Shown here: piece by piece, positions 19,548 to 28,011 of the stretch
Layout: each line of letters starts with the position of its first letter
Numbering within the stretch: position 1 is the stretch's first letter
Origin: Cenarchaeum sp.
GTDB taxonomy: Archaea > Thermoproteota > Nitrososphaeria > Nitrososphaerales > Nitrosopumilaceae
DNA: 64,000 bases
NCBI GenBank assembly: GCA_965242695.1
Contig: CBDESU010000001.1
Span: 1,504,001-1,568,000, forward strand
Reading direction: 5' to 3'
The notes under the pieces: model-generated
What the model was told of the DNA's origin: nothing
The model's database searches: none
Seen by the model: only the letters and a program-made list of their open reading frames with translations
Program-made: the position numbers and the translations under genes

Positions 19548-20357
19548 CTAGCCGACCTTTGCCCTGAACTTCTTGTAGTACTGTGCAGGTATCTTCTTGC
19601 TCATCTCGTCGAGCGTGCCCTTCGCCGGGAGGCGAGGCGCGCCGCCGACTGCCTTGACGAGCTTTTTGTTGACCCCGATGGTCCTTTCGTTGTCGTCGTA
19701 GGAGCGACCGAACTTGTCCCGGATGGCCTTGGTGATGACCACGACCCTCGGCGAGTATGGCGGCCTGCCAGGCTTTTTCCTGGCCTTCCACGGGTCGCCC
19801 ATCTTGTCTGCCACCGTCCTAGCCTTTGTGGCGTATGCGACAGCCGCCTTCACCTTGAACGGCGGTGCGGCTGCTGCCTTGCGCCCGGGCTTCGGGCCGG
19901 GCTTGCGCCCAGCCGTCTTGCGGCCTGGCTTCGGGCCGGGCTTGCGCCCGGGCTTGCGCCCAGCCGTCTTGCGGCCTGGCTTCGGGCCGGGCTTGCGCCC
20001 AGCCGTCTTGCGGCCTGGCTTCGGGCCGGGCTTGCGCCCAGCCGTCTTGCGGCCTGGCTTCGGGCCGGGCTTGCGCCCGGGCTTCGGGCCGGGCTTGCGC
20101 CCAGCCGTCTTGCGGCCTGGCTTCGGGCCGGGCTTGCGCCCAGCCGTCTTGCGGCCTGGCTTCGGGCCGGGCTTGCGCCCGGGCTTCGGGCCGGGCTTGC
20201 GCCCAGCCGTCTTGCGGCCTGGCTTCGGGCCGGGCTTGCGCCCCGTCTTCTTTCCTGACCCCTTGGAGCCGGAACTGGAGGCGCGCCCCTCCCTTGCCAA
20301 GACCGTGGTTTGCCTGGATGTAGATGTGAGACTGCGTCGTACTGGTGTCTTGTTCAT
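19548..20357 (-). CDS. Lys/Arg/Pro-rich repeat protein with C-terminal transposase-N-terminus-like DNA-binding domain
   Basis: Repeats of KPGPKPGR(KTAGR). C-terminus GRPPYSPR...RSY..NE...G.PRLP.KGTL....KIP..Y resembles IS4/IS5-superfamily N-terminal helical domains. TATA-like ttaaaag upstream. Confidence 0.7.
   Translation of the reverse strand: MNKTPVRRSLTSTSRQTTVLAREGRASSSGSKGSGKKTGRKPGPKPGRKTAGRKPGPKPGRKPGPKPGRKTAGRKPGPKPGRKTAGRKPGPKPGRKPGPKPGRKTAGRKPGPKPGRKTAGRKPGPKPGRKTAGRKPGRKPGPKPGRKTAGRKPGPKPGRKAAAAPPFKVKAAVAYATKARTVADKMGDPWKARKKPGRPPYSPRVVVITKAIRDKFGRSYDDNERTIGVNKKLVKAVGGAPRLPAKGTLDEMSKKIPAQYYKKFRAKVG
19877..20243 (-). repeat. Coding minisatellite (39-bp and 24-bp units encoding KPGPKPGRKTAGR / KPGPKPGR)
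   Basis: Repeated cccagccgtcttgcggcctggcttcgggccgggcttgcg units on the + strand. Confidence 0.95.
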
Positions 20358-20496
20358 GGGCCGCCGATGATCGGGATTCTTTTAACTGTGCTGTGTCTAA
20401 TGTTTTTTTGCGGCGGGTCTATTTTATTTCACCCCTTTTGCGGCCCGGCGCCCTGAACGCGATCGCAAGTCGGGGGCAGGGGCGCCGTCCGCCCCC

Positions 20497-20938
20497 GAAT
20501 CGCGCCCAAAAAGCGCCCCAGAATGCGATCGCATCGGGCAGGGGCGCGATTTGGCGCCGGATCAGCCGCCGATTGCGGGTCGAACGCGCGATTTGTGCCG
20601 CGCGGGTCGATTTTATTTCACCATTTTCGGGGCCGGGCGCGGCCGGAAATGCGATCGCCAGCCTGGCAGGAGCCTCGGATCGGGCAGAATCGCGCCCAAA
20701 AAGCGCCCCAGAATGCGATCGCATCGGGCAGGGGCGCGATTTGGCGCCGGATCAGCCGCCGATTGCGGGTCGAACGCGCGATTTGTGCCGCGCGGGTCGA
20801 TTTTATTTCACCATTTTCGGGGCCGGGCGCGGCCGGAAATGCGATCGCCAGCCTGGCAGGAGCCTCGGATCGGGCAGAATCGCGCCCAAAAAGCGCCCCA
20901 GAATGCGATCGCATCGGGCAGGGGCGCGATTTGGCGCC
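20497..20938. repeat. 190-bp non-coding tandem repeat, ~2.3 exact copies (plus degenerate part-copy at ~20411-20467)
   Basis: Unit starts gaatcgcgcccaaaaagcg at 20497, 20687 and 20877. Period of 190 is not a multiple of 3. Confidence 0.95.
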
Positions 20939-21010
20939 AAGTCCGCGCGGCTGCAATCGATCGCATGATTTGGCGCCGCTACGGGAAATTCACCAGCGGG
21001 TTGCTTTTTT

Positions 21011-21117
21011 GCGCGGATGCGATCGCCCTGCTTTCCGGCATGCGATCGCCTAACGTCCCGCCGAACCGGCCCATTTTCGCGCGGATGCGATCGCCCTGCT
21101 TTCCGGCATGCGATCGC
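21011..21117. repeat. 39-bp direct repeat x2, each copy carrying two GCGATCGC palindromes
   Basis: gcgcggatgcgatcgccctgctttccggcatgcgatcgc at 21011-21049 and 21079-21117. Confidence 0.95.
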
Positions 21118-21185
21118 ATGCCTTGGCGTCAGATAGATTCGTCGGAAGGCCGCGCCGCCATGCCGGTGCGCCGGCGCCTGCGGCG

Positions 21186-23369
21186 CTACATCCGGGGCGG
21201 CGCATCTATGCCGATCAGTCCGAGCGCCTTTTTCAGGGCAGACGTGAACGAGGCCACCAGGCACAGGCGGGAGTTGGTCAGCGCGGCGTCCGATGCGTCT
21301 ATGACCCTGACGTGCTCGTAGAAGGCGTTGAACGCAACTGCCAGGTCTCGGCAGTACCTTGCAATCACCTTTGGCGACAGGTTTGCCGACGCCTCGGCGA
21401 CGCGGACGTCGAGCATGCCGATTGTCCTGACGAGCGCCATCTCGCGCTCGCCCGCAAGGCGGCCAAAGTCGGCCGCGTCCAGATCGGGCGCCCTGCCGGC
21501 CTTTTCAAGGACTCGGGCGGCGCGCGCGTGCGCGTACTGGATGTACGATGCCGTGTCGCCCTCGAGGCTTAGCGACTTTGCGGCGTCGAACGCGATCACC
21601 TTGTCGAGATCCTGCCTGACCATCTCGTAGCGCACGGTCGCCACCGCCACGGCATCGGCTATGCGCCCGACCTCGCCGGCGTCTAGGGCGCTGTTGCGCT
21701 TGAGCGTCTCGGCGCTGGCCCTCTCGCGCAGCATCGAGAGGATCGACTCGGCGCTCACGTACAGCCCCCGCCGGCCCGACATCTGCGCCGCCTTGCCGCC
21801 GGTGTCCAGCCCGAGCGACGCCGCGGTCGAGGCGCTGAGCGTGACCGACTCGTACGACAGGTGCATGTGGCCGCCGCCCTCCCCGGGATCCCGCCCGCCG
21901 CCCGCGCCTTCCGCGGGACACATTCCGCCGACTACCCCCGCGACGATCTGCTGGAGGCGCGACTGGCGCGAGTCTATGACCGCGATGGACGTGGATCCCG
22001 AAAACGGCGAGGTTCCGGTGCCGCCGCCGCCGCTGCCGTTGTCGGCGCTGCCGCCCTGCCCATCCTTGCGCAGGACGGTGCGCACGAGCCGCCTGCCCGG
22101 CTGCCTTGCGCCGTCGGACGTGGCGTACTCTTCGTACGCGAAAGGGTCGCCTACGAGCCCCAGCTTCCATGCCGCGTACGGAATGTCCTTTGCGACGTAC
22201 GTGGCGGTTCCGTCGCTCCTCACGATCACCTTGTCCGCCGAAAATTCGTCGCCCTTGTCGTCCTTGGCGGATGCGTCGTCCTTGTCGTCCTTGGCGGATG
22301 CATCGTCCTTGGCGGATGCATCGTCCTTGGCGGATGCATCGTCCTTGGCGGATGCATCATCCTTGGCGGATGCATCGTCCTTGTCGTCCTTGGCGGATGC
22401 GTCGTCCGCCCGAAACACCCAACATCCGGCGTTCTTCTCGGCCGTCGCCGGCTCTAGCTCGACGATCCCGCCCGCCCTCATCGCATCGAACGCGTTCGCC
22501 CACATGCCCGACCTGACGATCTGCGACTCGTAGTTGAGGCAGTCGTACGAGGCGCCGAGCGACCAGCACGTGCGCAGCTGGCACTCCAGAACCCGCGACG
22601 TCACGGCCTCGGCCGTGCGGGCCGACTCGGTCCCGCCGGACTCGATCTCCCTCAGGACCTCTGACCGCCTGGCAGACAGGCCCGGATCCGAGTCGTACCG
22701 GGCCGTCACCGCAACGTACACCTCGTCGCCGCAGTACGCATCGAACGGCATTCCCTCGGGCGGCTCCCGCGCAAGACCGAGGTTCTCGAACCCGACGACG
22801 ACGTCGGCCACCTGCGCGCCCGAGTCGTCAATGTAGTTGAGGACGCGCACGTCGTGCCCAGAGTACGACAGTATGCGCGCGACCGAGTCGCCGACGACCA
22901 CGTTCCTTACGTGCCCTATGTGCAGCGCCTTGTTCGGGTTGACGCTCGTGTGCTCGACGACGACAGGCCGGCCCCGGCCGATCTCGGCGCGGCCGTACCC
23001 CTCGCGGACGGACTCGCGTATGATGCTCCCCGCAAGGGCGCCGGCCTCCGCCTCTAGGTTGACGTACCCCGACCGGTGGGCCGAGGCGCGCATGAGCGGC
23101 GGCGATCCGTCCCCGCCGTCGCCGTCGCCCTCCGCGGCCGCGGCCGCCCGGTTGTACTCTTCTGCGATCGCCTCCGCGATCTCGGCGGGCCTCCTGCCTG
23201 CGCCCCTGGCAAGGACGAACGCCGCGTTGCACGACAGGTCGCCGAACCCGGGCCTCGCCGGAGACACCGCGTACGGGGCCGAGTCGGCCGCCGCGCCGGC
23301 AAGCCCCGCGGCCTTGACGGCCCTTTCGATCGCCGCCTCGGCGGCCTCAATCATGGCGCGGTACGCCAT
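21186..23369 (-). CDS. argS: Arginine--tRNA ligase
   Basis: VEHTSVNPNKALHIGH.RN (HIGH motif), RSDGTATY..KDI, QMSGRRG and YIQYAHARA (DALR domain). Confidence 0.96.
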   Translation of the reverse strand: MAYRAMIEAAEAAIERAVKAAGLAGAAADSAPYAVSPARPGFGDLSCNAAFVLARGAGRRPAEIAEAIAEEYNRAAAAAEGDGDGGDGSPPLMRASAHRSGYVNLEAEAGALAGSIIRESVREGYGRAEIGRGRPVVVEHTSVNPNKALHIGHVRNVVVGDSVARILSYSGHDVRVLNYIDDSGAQVADVVVGFENLGLAREPPEGMPFDAYCGDEVYVAVTARYDSDPGLSARRSEVLREIESGGTESARTAEAVTSRVLECQLRTCWSLGASYDCLNYESQIVRSGMWANAFDAMRAGGIVELEPATAEKNAGCWVFRADDASAKDDKDDASAKDDASAKDDASAKDDASAKDDASAKDDKDDASAKDDKGDEFSADKVIVRSDGTATYVAKDIPYAAWKLGLVGDPFAYEEYATSDGARQPGRRLVRTVLRKDGQGGSADNGSGGGGTGTSPFSGSTSIAVIDSRQSRLQQIVAGVVGGMCPAEGAGGGRDPGEGGGHMHLSYESVTLSASTAASLGLDTGGKAAQMSGRRGLYVSAESILSMLRERASAETLKRNSALDAGEVGRIADAVAVATVRYEMVRQDLDKVIAFDAAKSLSLEGDTASYIQYAHARAARVLEKAGRAPDLDAADFGRLAGEREMALVRTIGMLDVRVAEASANLSPKVIARYCRDLAVAFNAFYEHVRVIDASDAALTNSRLCLVASFTSALKKALGLIGIDAPPRM
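22254..22406 (-). repeat. In-frame 18-bp repeat (DDASAK x7) inside argS
   Basis: Repeated tcgtccttggcggatgca units. Confidence 0.95.
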
Positions 23370-24086
23370 TCAGCCCGCCGCCTGCCCTGCCGAGGCGGAC
23401 AGGAGCAGCCCCTCGAGCCTGCCGATCGCCTCGATCACGCCGCCGCCTGCGGCCGCCTCGGTGGTCATCGTGGCCGCCGCCCTTGTCGAGTCCGGCGCGT
23501 TGGCAAGGGCCACGCTCGTGCCGGCCCTCCTGAACATGGCCTCGTCGGTCTCGCTGTCCCCTATGGCGATTATGTCGGGCCTCTCGGCTCCGAGCATGCG
23601 CGCGGCGTGCTCTAGCCCCGTCCCCTTGTCGACGCCGGCCGAGTTGATGTGGTACGCAAAGAGGCTGTCTGACAGGGAGACTCCGAGGCCCCTCTCGGAG
23701 ACTATGCGCCTTGCCGCGCCGAGATCGAACGTCCGCTCGAGGACGACCTCGGTGAGCCTCGGAAACACGGGCTTTTGCCGGACGCCGGCGATCTCGGACT
23801 CTATTATCCGCAGCGCCTCGATGCAGGCGGCCTGGTCGCCGACCAGGGCGTGCTCGTCCGGGCCGGTCGTAATGCAGCCGCCGTTCTCGCCGACGGCGAC
23901 CCTCGTCGTCCCGCCGAACACGGCGAGCAGGTACGCCTCGACCGACGACCTGCCCGAGACGAACACGACGTTGTGGCCTGCCGAGACGACGTCGCGGAGG
24001 GCGCCGAGCGCGGCAAGGTCTATCGTGCCGGCGCCGTCGACGGTTATAGTCCCGTCTATATCGACGGCAAGCGTTGCGCGCCCCAC
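23370..24086 (-). CDS. HAD-superfamily phosphoglycolate phosphatase (archaeal SPP-like)
   Basis: AVDIDGTIT, VSGR, ENGG, VDKG and GDSETD motifs. GTG start inferred from an upstream TATA-like box. Confidence 0.9.
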   Translation of the reverse strand: MGRATLAVDIDGTITVDGAGTIDLAALGALRDVVSAGHNVVFVSGRSSVEAYLLAVFGGTTRVAVGENGGCITTGPDEHALVGDQAACIEALRIIESEIAGVRQKPVFPRLTEVVLERTFDLGAARRIVSERGLGVSLSDSLFAYHINSAGVDKGTGLEHAARMLGAERPDIIAIGDSETDEAMFRRAGTSVALANAPDSTRAAATMTTEAAAGGGVIEAIGRLEGLLLSASAGQAAG

Positions 24087-24141
24087 GGCCCGCGGGTGGC
24101 CGGGGCGGCGGTAATAACGGTTTGCGCGGCGGCCTGCGCGG

Positions 24142-24834
24142 TCAGGCGGGCGGGCGCGTCCGCCTGTCCTCGTACGTGTCCACCTTGCCGGTCCGGCTGT
24201 CCGAGTAGTGCGGCTGATGGCCGAACTCGAGGTACATCCTGAAGAACAGGGCGTACCTCTTGATCTCGGGGCGCCGGTCGGACCCCTTCTCGAGCCGGCG
24301 GTACGCCGACAGGGCCCGCCCGACGTCCTGCGGCGCAAATATTGCCGAGGCGCCGGCCGTCATCGAGATGCTCGGCAGTGCGATGATCCTCGCAAAGACG
24401 CCCAGTCCTGCATGCTCCGTCATGCTCATGCCGCGGTCGCAGATCGTGACGGTTCCGCCGCCGAGCATGTCGGCAAGCTCGACGGTGCAGGCCGCGGGAT
24501 CCGCTCGGCCGACCCTGTAGAGCGACGTCTTGGCCGACAGCATGGCCCTGAGCAGGCGCCTGCGCGCCGCGCTCGCCACGCTCTCGATCCCCCCGATGCC
24601 CTCGACGTAGCTCTCGAGCGCCGTCTTCCCGCCGCGCCGCACATCGCTGATGGAAAAGTCGTACAGGCCTGGAATGTCGTTCCCATCGATCTCGATCTTG
24701 CCCCCGCGGATTCCCAGGCCGAGCAGCCCCGCCGCGGCCCTGAGCCGGTCCTCGTCGACGTAGTTCGCCAGGACGTCCTCGCCTATCTCCACCTGCATGT
24801 CGCGGTACCTGAGGTACTTTTCAAAGGGCTTCAA
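24142..24834 (-). CDS. Hypothetical protein
   Basis: Protein-like C-terminal 230 aa of the long ORF (LKPFEKYLRYR...SLYRV....VELADML). TTG start inferred. Confidence 0.65.
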   Translation of the reverse strand: MKPFEKYLRYRDMQVEIGEDVLANYVDEDRLRAAAGLLGLGIRGGKIEIDGNDIPGLYDFSISDVRRGGKTALESYVEGIGGIESVASAARRRLLRAMLSAKTSLYRVGRADPAACTVELADMLGGGTVTICDRGMSMTEHAGLGVFARIIALPSISMTAGASAIFAPQDVGRALSAYRRLEKGSDRRPEIKRYALFFRMYLEFGHQPHYSDSRTGKVDTYEDRRTRPPA

Positions 24835-25003
24835 CGGGGGCGCGGCAGCGGGGGCGGATATGACCCTAGCGCCGCCGCCCCTTGGGTTCCGCGGCCCCCG
24901 GCGCCGCGGGCCCCGGCCCCGGGCAGGAACGGCGGCCCGGCTCTGCGGCCGCGCGGCGCGCTCGAATGGTATTAAGCGGCCGGCCGGCCGCGCGCGGGCC
25001 CCC

Positions 25004-26107
25004 ATGGGCATACCCGAAAAGATCAAGGCCATACAGGACGAGATGGCCCGCACGCAGGTCAACAAGGCTACCGAGCACCACCTCGGGCTGCTCAAGGCAA
25101 AGGTCGCAAAGCTGCGGCGCGAGCAGGACGACCAGCAGGCCAAAAAGTCCGGCGGGCAGTCCGACGGCTTCGACGTCAGGCGCGCCGGCGATGCGACCGT
25201 CGTGTTCATCGGGCTGCCGAGCGTCGGCAAGTCGACGCTGCTCAACAGGCTCACCGGCGCAAAGTCGGCCGTCGGCGCCTTCCAGTTCACGACCCTTACG
25301 GTCGTCCCCGGCATGATGGAGTACAAGGGGGCCCGCATACAGGTCCTCGACCTGCCGGGCATCATAAAGGGCGCCTCGTCGGGGCGGGGCCTCGGAAAGC
25401 GCATACTGTCGGTCGCGCGCAGCGCCGACCTCGTCCTGCTCGTCCTCGACGTATTCCAGCCGTACCACGAGGACGTGCTCGTCGGCGAGCTCGGCAACAT
25501 GGGAATACGGCTCAACCAGAGCCCGCCGGACGTGGTGATCGAAAAGACGCACACCGGCGGCATATCAATAGCGCAGCAGCGGCCGCTGACGCTCACGACC
25601 GAGAGGTTCGTGCGCGACCTGCTGCGGCTGTACGGGTACACTAGCGCGCGCGTCGTCATACGCGAGGACGTCACGTCCGAGCAGCTCGTCGACAGGCTCA
25701 CCGGCAACAAGACGTACGCAAAGGCGCTCACCGTCATCAACAAGATCGACCTCGTCGACGACGCGTTCGTCGAGTCGCTGCGCTCGCGCGTCCGGCCGGG
25801 GTTCGTCCAGGTCTCGGCCGACTCGGACCGCAACATCGACGTGCTGCGCGAGGAGATATACCGGAGGCTAGAGTTCATACGCGTGTACATGCGCCCAAAG
25901 GGCGGGCAGACCGACTACGACGAGCCGCTGATAATGCGGCGCGGGGCCACCATCGGGGCCGTGTGCGACAAGCTCCACCGGAGCATGAGGCGCGAGTTCA
26001 GGTACGCCCTCGTGTGGGGCGGCAGCGTAAAGTTCGGCGGGCAGCGCGTCGGGATAGGGCACGTCCTGGACGACGAGGATGTGCTGACGATCGTAAAGGC
26101 GAGGTAG
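25004..26107 (+). CDS. DRG/OBG-family GTP-binding protein with TGS domain
   Basis: TQVNKATEHH, GLPSVGKS, FTT, DLPG, NKID and GQRVG..H.L.DEDV motifs. Confidence 0.96.
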   Translation: MGIPEKIKAIQDEMARTQVNKATEHHLGLLKAKVAKLRREQDDQQAKKSGGQSDGFDVRRAGDATVVFIGLPSVGKSTLLNRLTGAKSAVGAFQFTTLTVVPGMMEYKGARIQVLDLPGIIKGASSGRGLGKRILSVARSADLVLLVLDVFQPYHEDVLVGELGNMGIRLNQSPPDVVIEKTHTGGISIAQQRPLTLTTERFVRDLLRLYGYTSARVVIREDVTSEQLVDRLTGNKTYAKALTVINKIDLVDDAFVESLRSRVRPGFVQVSADSDRNIDVLREEIYRRLEFIRVYMRPKGGQTDYDEPLIMRRGATIGAVCDKLHRSMRREFRYALVWGGSVKFGGQRVGIGHVLDDEDVLTIVKAR

Positions 26108-26323
26108 GGCCGCGGCCGCCCCCGGCGCCGCGCGCGCCGCCGCCAATCCCCCTCCCCCGCCCGCCGCGCGCGGCCGGGCCGGCCGATGGGGTTAAATGAA
26201 GGCGGCCGTGGCCAAAGACATGGAGCACAGCGCTGGATTGGCGCCGCCGCCGCCGCGCGCGGCCGGGCCGCCGCCGCGCTGCGCACGGGCGGTGCACGGG
26301 GGGGTGCTAGCGGGTTGATCAGG

Positions 26324-27964
26324 GTGCCCGCGGCGTTCAAGACGGCCCCGCGCGTGCCCCCGAGGGACGGCCGCTACCCGTGCAAGGAGTGCGGGTCGCG
26401 CACGTGGATGGCGTACAGGAGCGGCGAGACCAAGCGCGGCACAAAGGGGGTGATGCCGGCGCCCATACGGTGGTGCATGTACTGCAAGGGCCTGCGGCAC
26501 TGGTCGGGCCGCAAGATAGAGGAGCAAAAGGCGTGGGCCAACCACTACTCGTGCCTGACGTGCTCTAGCTCGACGTACCGCCTGCGGCTGTGGGTCTCGG
26601 ACGGGCTGACGCTGACGCTGCCGTACGCGTACTGCGTGACGTGCGATGCCGTGGCGGACAGGCCGATCGAGACGCGCGGCGAGCGCAAGACGGACGGGGT
26701 AAAGAAGTGCGCCGGGTGCAACGCGAGCATATCCGACAGGTACAAGTGGTGCTCGAACTGCAAGCTGCGCCAGATATACGGGCACGGCCGCCTCGGCCCC
26801 CCGCAGCGCCGCGTGCGCGCCGACGAGGCCCACATAAAGCGCAACTGCGTCGAGTGCGGGGAAGAGTACCTGCCAAACTCCGGCACGCAGCGGTTCTGCA
26901 CCGAGTGCGCGGCCGCGCGCCTGCGCACGTCGCGCCGCAAGCCGACGCCCAAGAAGAAGCCGGCCAACGAGCTAGAGGTCGAGATCGATTTTTCGGCGGT
27001 CGTCGACGACGGGGCGGAGGCCGAGGCCGAGGCCGCCGCGGCCGCGGCCGCCCGGCCGGGACGCGGAGGCAAGGGGCGGCGGAGGGGGCGCGGAGCCGCA
27101 GCCAGCGCCATCGGCGCGCTGTCGTTGATTGCGCTGGAGGCCGGCGGCGGGGCGGCCCCGGCATCGCCGATACCGCCGCCCGTGTTTGACGCATCGCTGC
27201 CATACGTGCTGTGCAGGCCGTCGAGCCTGGAGGATGTGTTTCCGGGATCGGCCGACAGGGGCGGCTCTGGGCGCGCCGCTTCCGATCCTGCCGCCGCCGA
27301 CTCGGACGGCGGGGCGGCCGCGGAGCCGGGCGCCGATGCGCCCGCAAAGCGCCGTCCCGGGAGGCCGAGGAAGACGGAGGCGGCGGCGGCCGGTTCCGAT
27401 GCGCCCGCAAAGCGCCGCCCCGGGAGGCCGAGGAGGGCGGAGGTCGAGGCGGCGGCCGGTTCCGATGCGCCCGCAAAGCGCCGCCCCGGGAGGCCGAGGA
27501 GGGCGGAGGTCGAGGCGGCGGCGGCGGCGGCGGGCACCGATGCGCCCGCAAAGCGCCGCCCCGGGAGGCCGAGGAAGACGGAGGCGGCGGCGGGCACCGA
27601 TGCGCCCGCAAAGCGCCGCCCCGGGAGGCCGAGGAGGACGGAGGTCGAGGCGGCGGCCGGTTCCGATGCGCCCGCAAAGCGCCGCCCCGGGAGGCCGAGG
27701 AGGACGGAGGCGGCGGGCGAGGCGGCGGACAGTACCGGTGCGGCCCCGGGCCTCAGGGACGCTGATACGACAGCCGGCAAGCCGCGGCGCCGCGGCCGCG
27801 GCCGGCCTTCCGGCGCCGCGGCGCCTCCAAGGGCCTCGCCGTCCGCGGCAAGGCGGCGGCCCGCCAAGGCCACGCCCCCCGCAAGGGCGGCAGGGGGGAG
27901 CAAAAAGGGTCGCACCGCATCCGGCAGGGCTGCCGCAAAAGGGGCATCGGGCCGCCGATCCTGA
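26324..27964 (+). CDS. Multi-zinc-ribbon protein with six AT-hook-like repeats
   Basis: Eight CxxC pairs (CKEC, CMYC, CLTC, CVTC, CAGC, CSNC, CVEC, CTEC) followed by DAPAKRRPGRPR x6. Start uncertain (ORF open from 26186). Confidence 0.75.
   Translation: MPAAFKTAPRVPPRDGRYPCKECGSRTWMAYRSGETKRGTKGVMPAPIRWCMYCKGLRHWSGRKIEEQKAWANHYSCLTCSSSTYRLRLWVSDGLTLTLPYAYCVTCDAVADRPIETRGERKTDGVKKCAGCNASISDRYKWCSNCKLRQIYGHGRLGPPQRRVRADEAHIKRNCVECGEEYLPNSGTQRFCTECAAARLRTSRRKPTPKKKPANELEVEIDFSAVVDDGAEAEAEAAAAAAARPGRGGKGRRRGRGAAASAIGALSLIALEAGGGAAPASPIPPPVFDASLPYVLCRPSSLEDVFPGSADRGGSGRAASDPAAADSDGGAAAEPGADAPAKRRPGRPRKTEAAAAGSDAPAKRRPGRPRRAEVEAAAGSDAPAKRRPGRPRRAEVEAAAAAAGTDAPAKRRPGRPRKTEAAAGTDAPAKRRPGRPRRTEVEAAAGSDAPAKRRPGRPRRTEAAGEAADSTGAAPGLRDADTTAGKPRRRGRGRPSGAAAPPRASPSAARRRPAKATPPARAAGGSKKGRTASGRAAAKGASGRRS
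27333..27712 (+). repeat. ~60-bp coding repeat x6 (KRRPGRPR AT-hook-like units)
   Basis: ccgatgcgcccgcaaagcgccg.cccgggaggccgagg repeated six times with variable Ala linkers. Confidence 0.93.
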
Positions 27965-28011
27965 GCCTCGGCGCCGCGGCGGGATCGGGCCGCCGCGCAG
28001 TCCGGCCGCAG

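Noticed and set aside
20497-20938. CRISPR array interpretation of the 190-bp repeats and of the 12/15/18/39-bp repeats elsewhere
   Set aside because: Units are contiguous with no unique spacers, and the short ones are in-frame coding repeats.
19500-21140. A TIR-bounded non-autonomous element spanning the basic protein and repeat array
   Set aside because: I could not find a convincing inverted-repeat pair or TSD by eye. gggtagtc at ~19533 only weakly resembles the IS TIR.
20345-21321. Several overlapping ORFs across the 190-bp repeats
   Set aside because: The period is not a multiple of 3, so the same peptides recur in different frames. Treated as non-coding.
24142-25890. 582-aa - strand ORF
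   Set aside because: The N-terminal ~350 aa are antisense to the DRG GTPase. Only the last ~230 aa look like a real protein.
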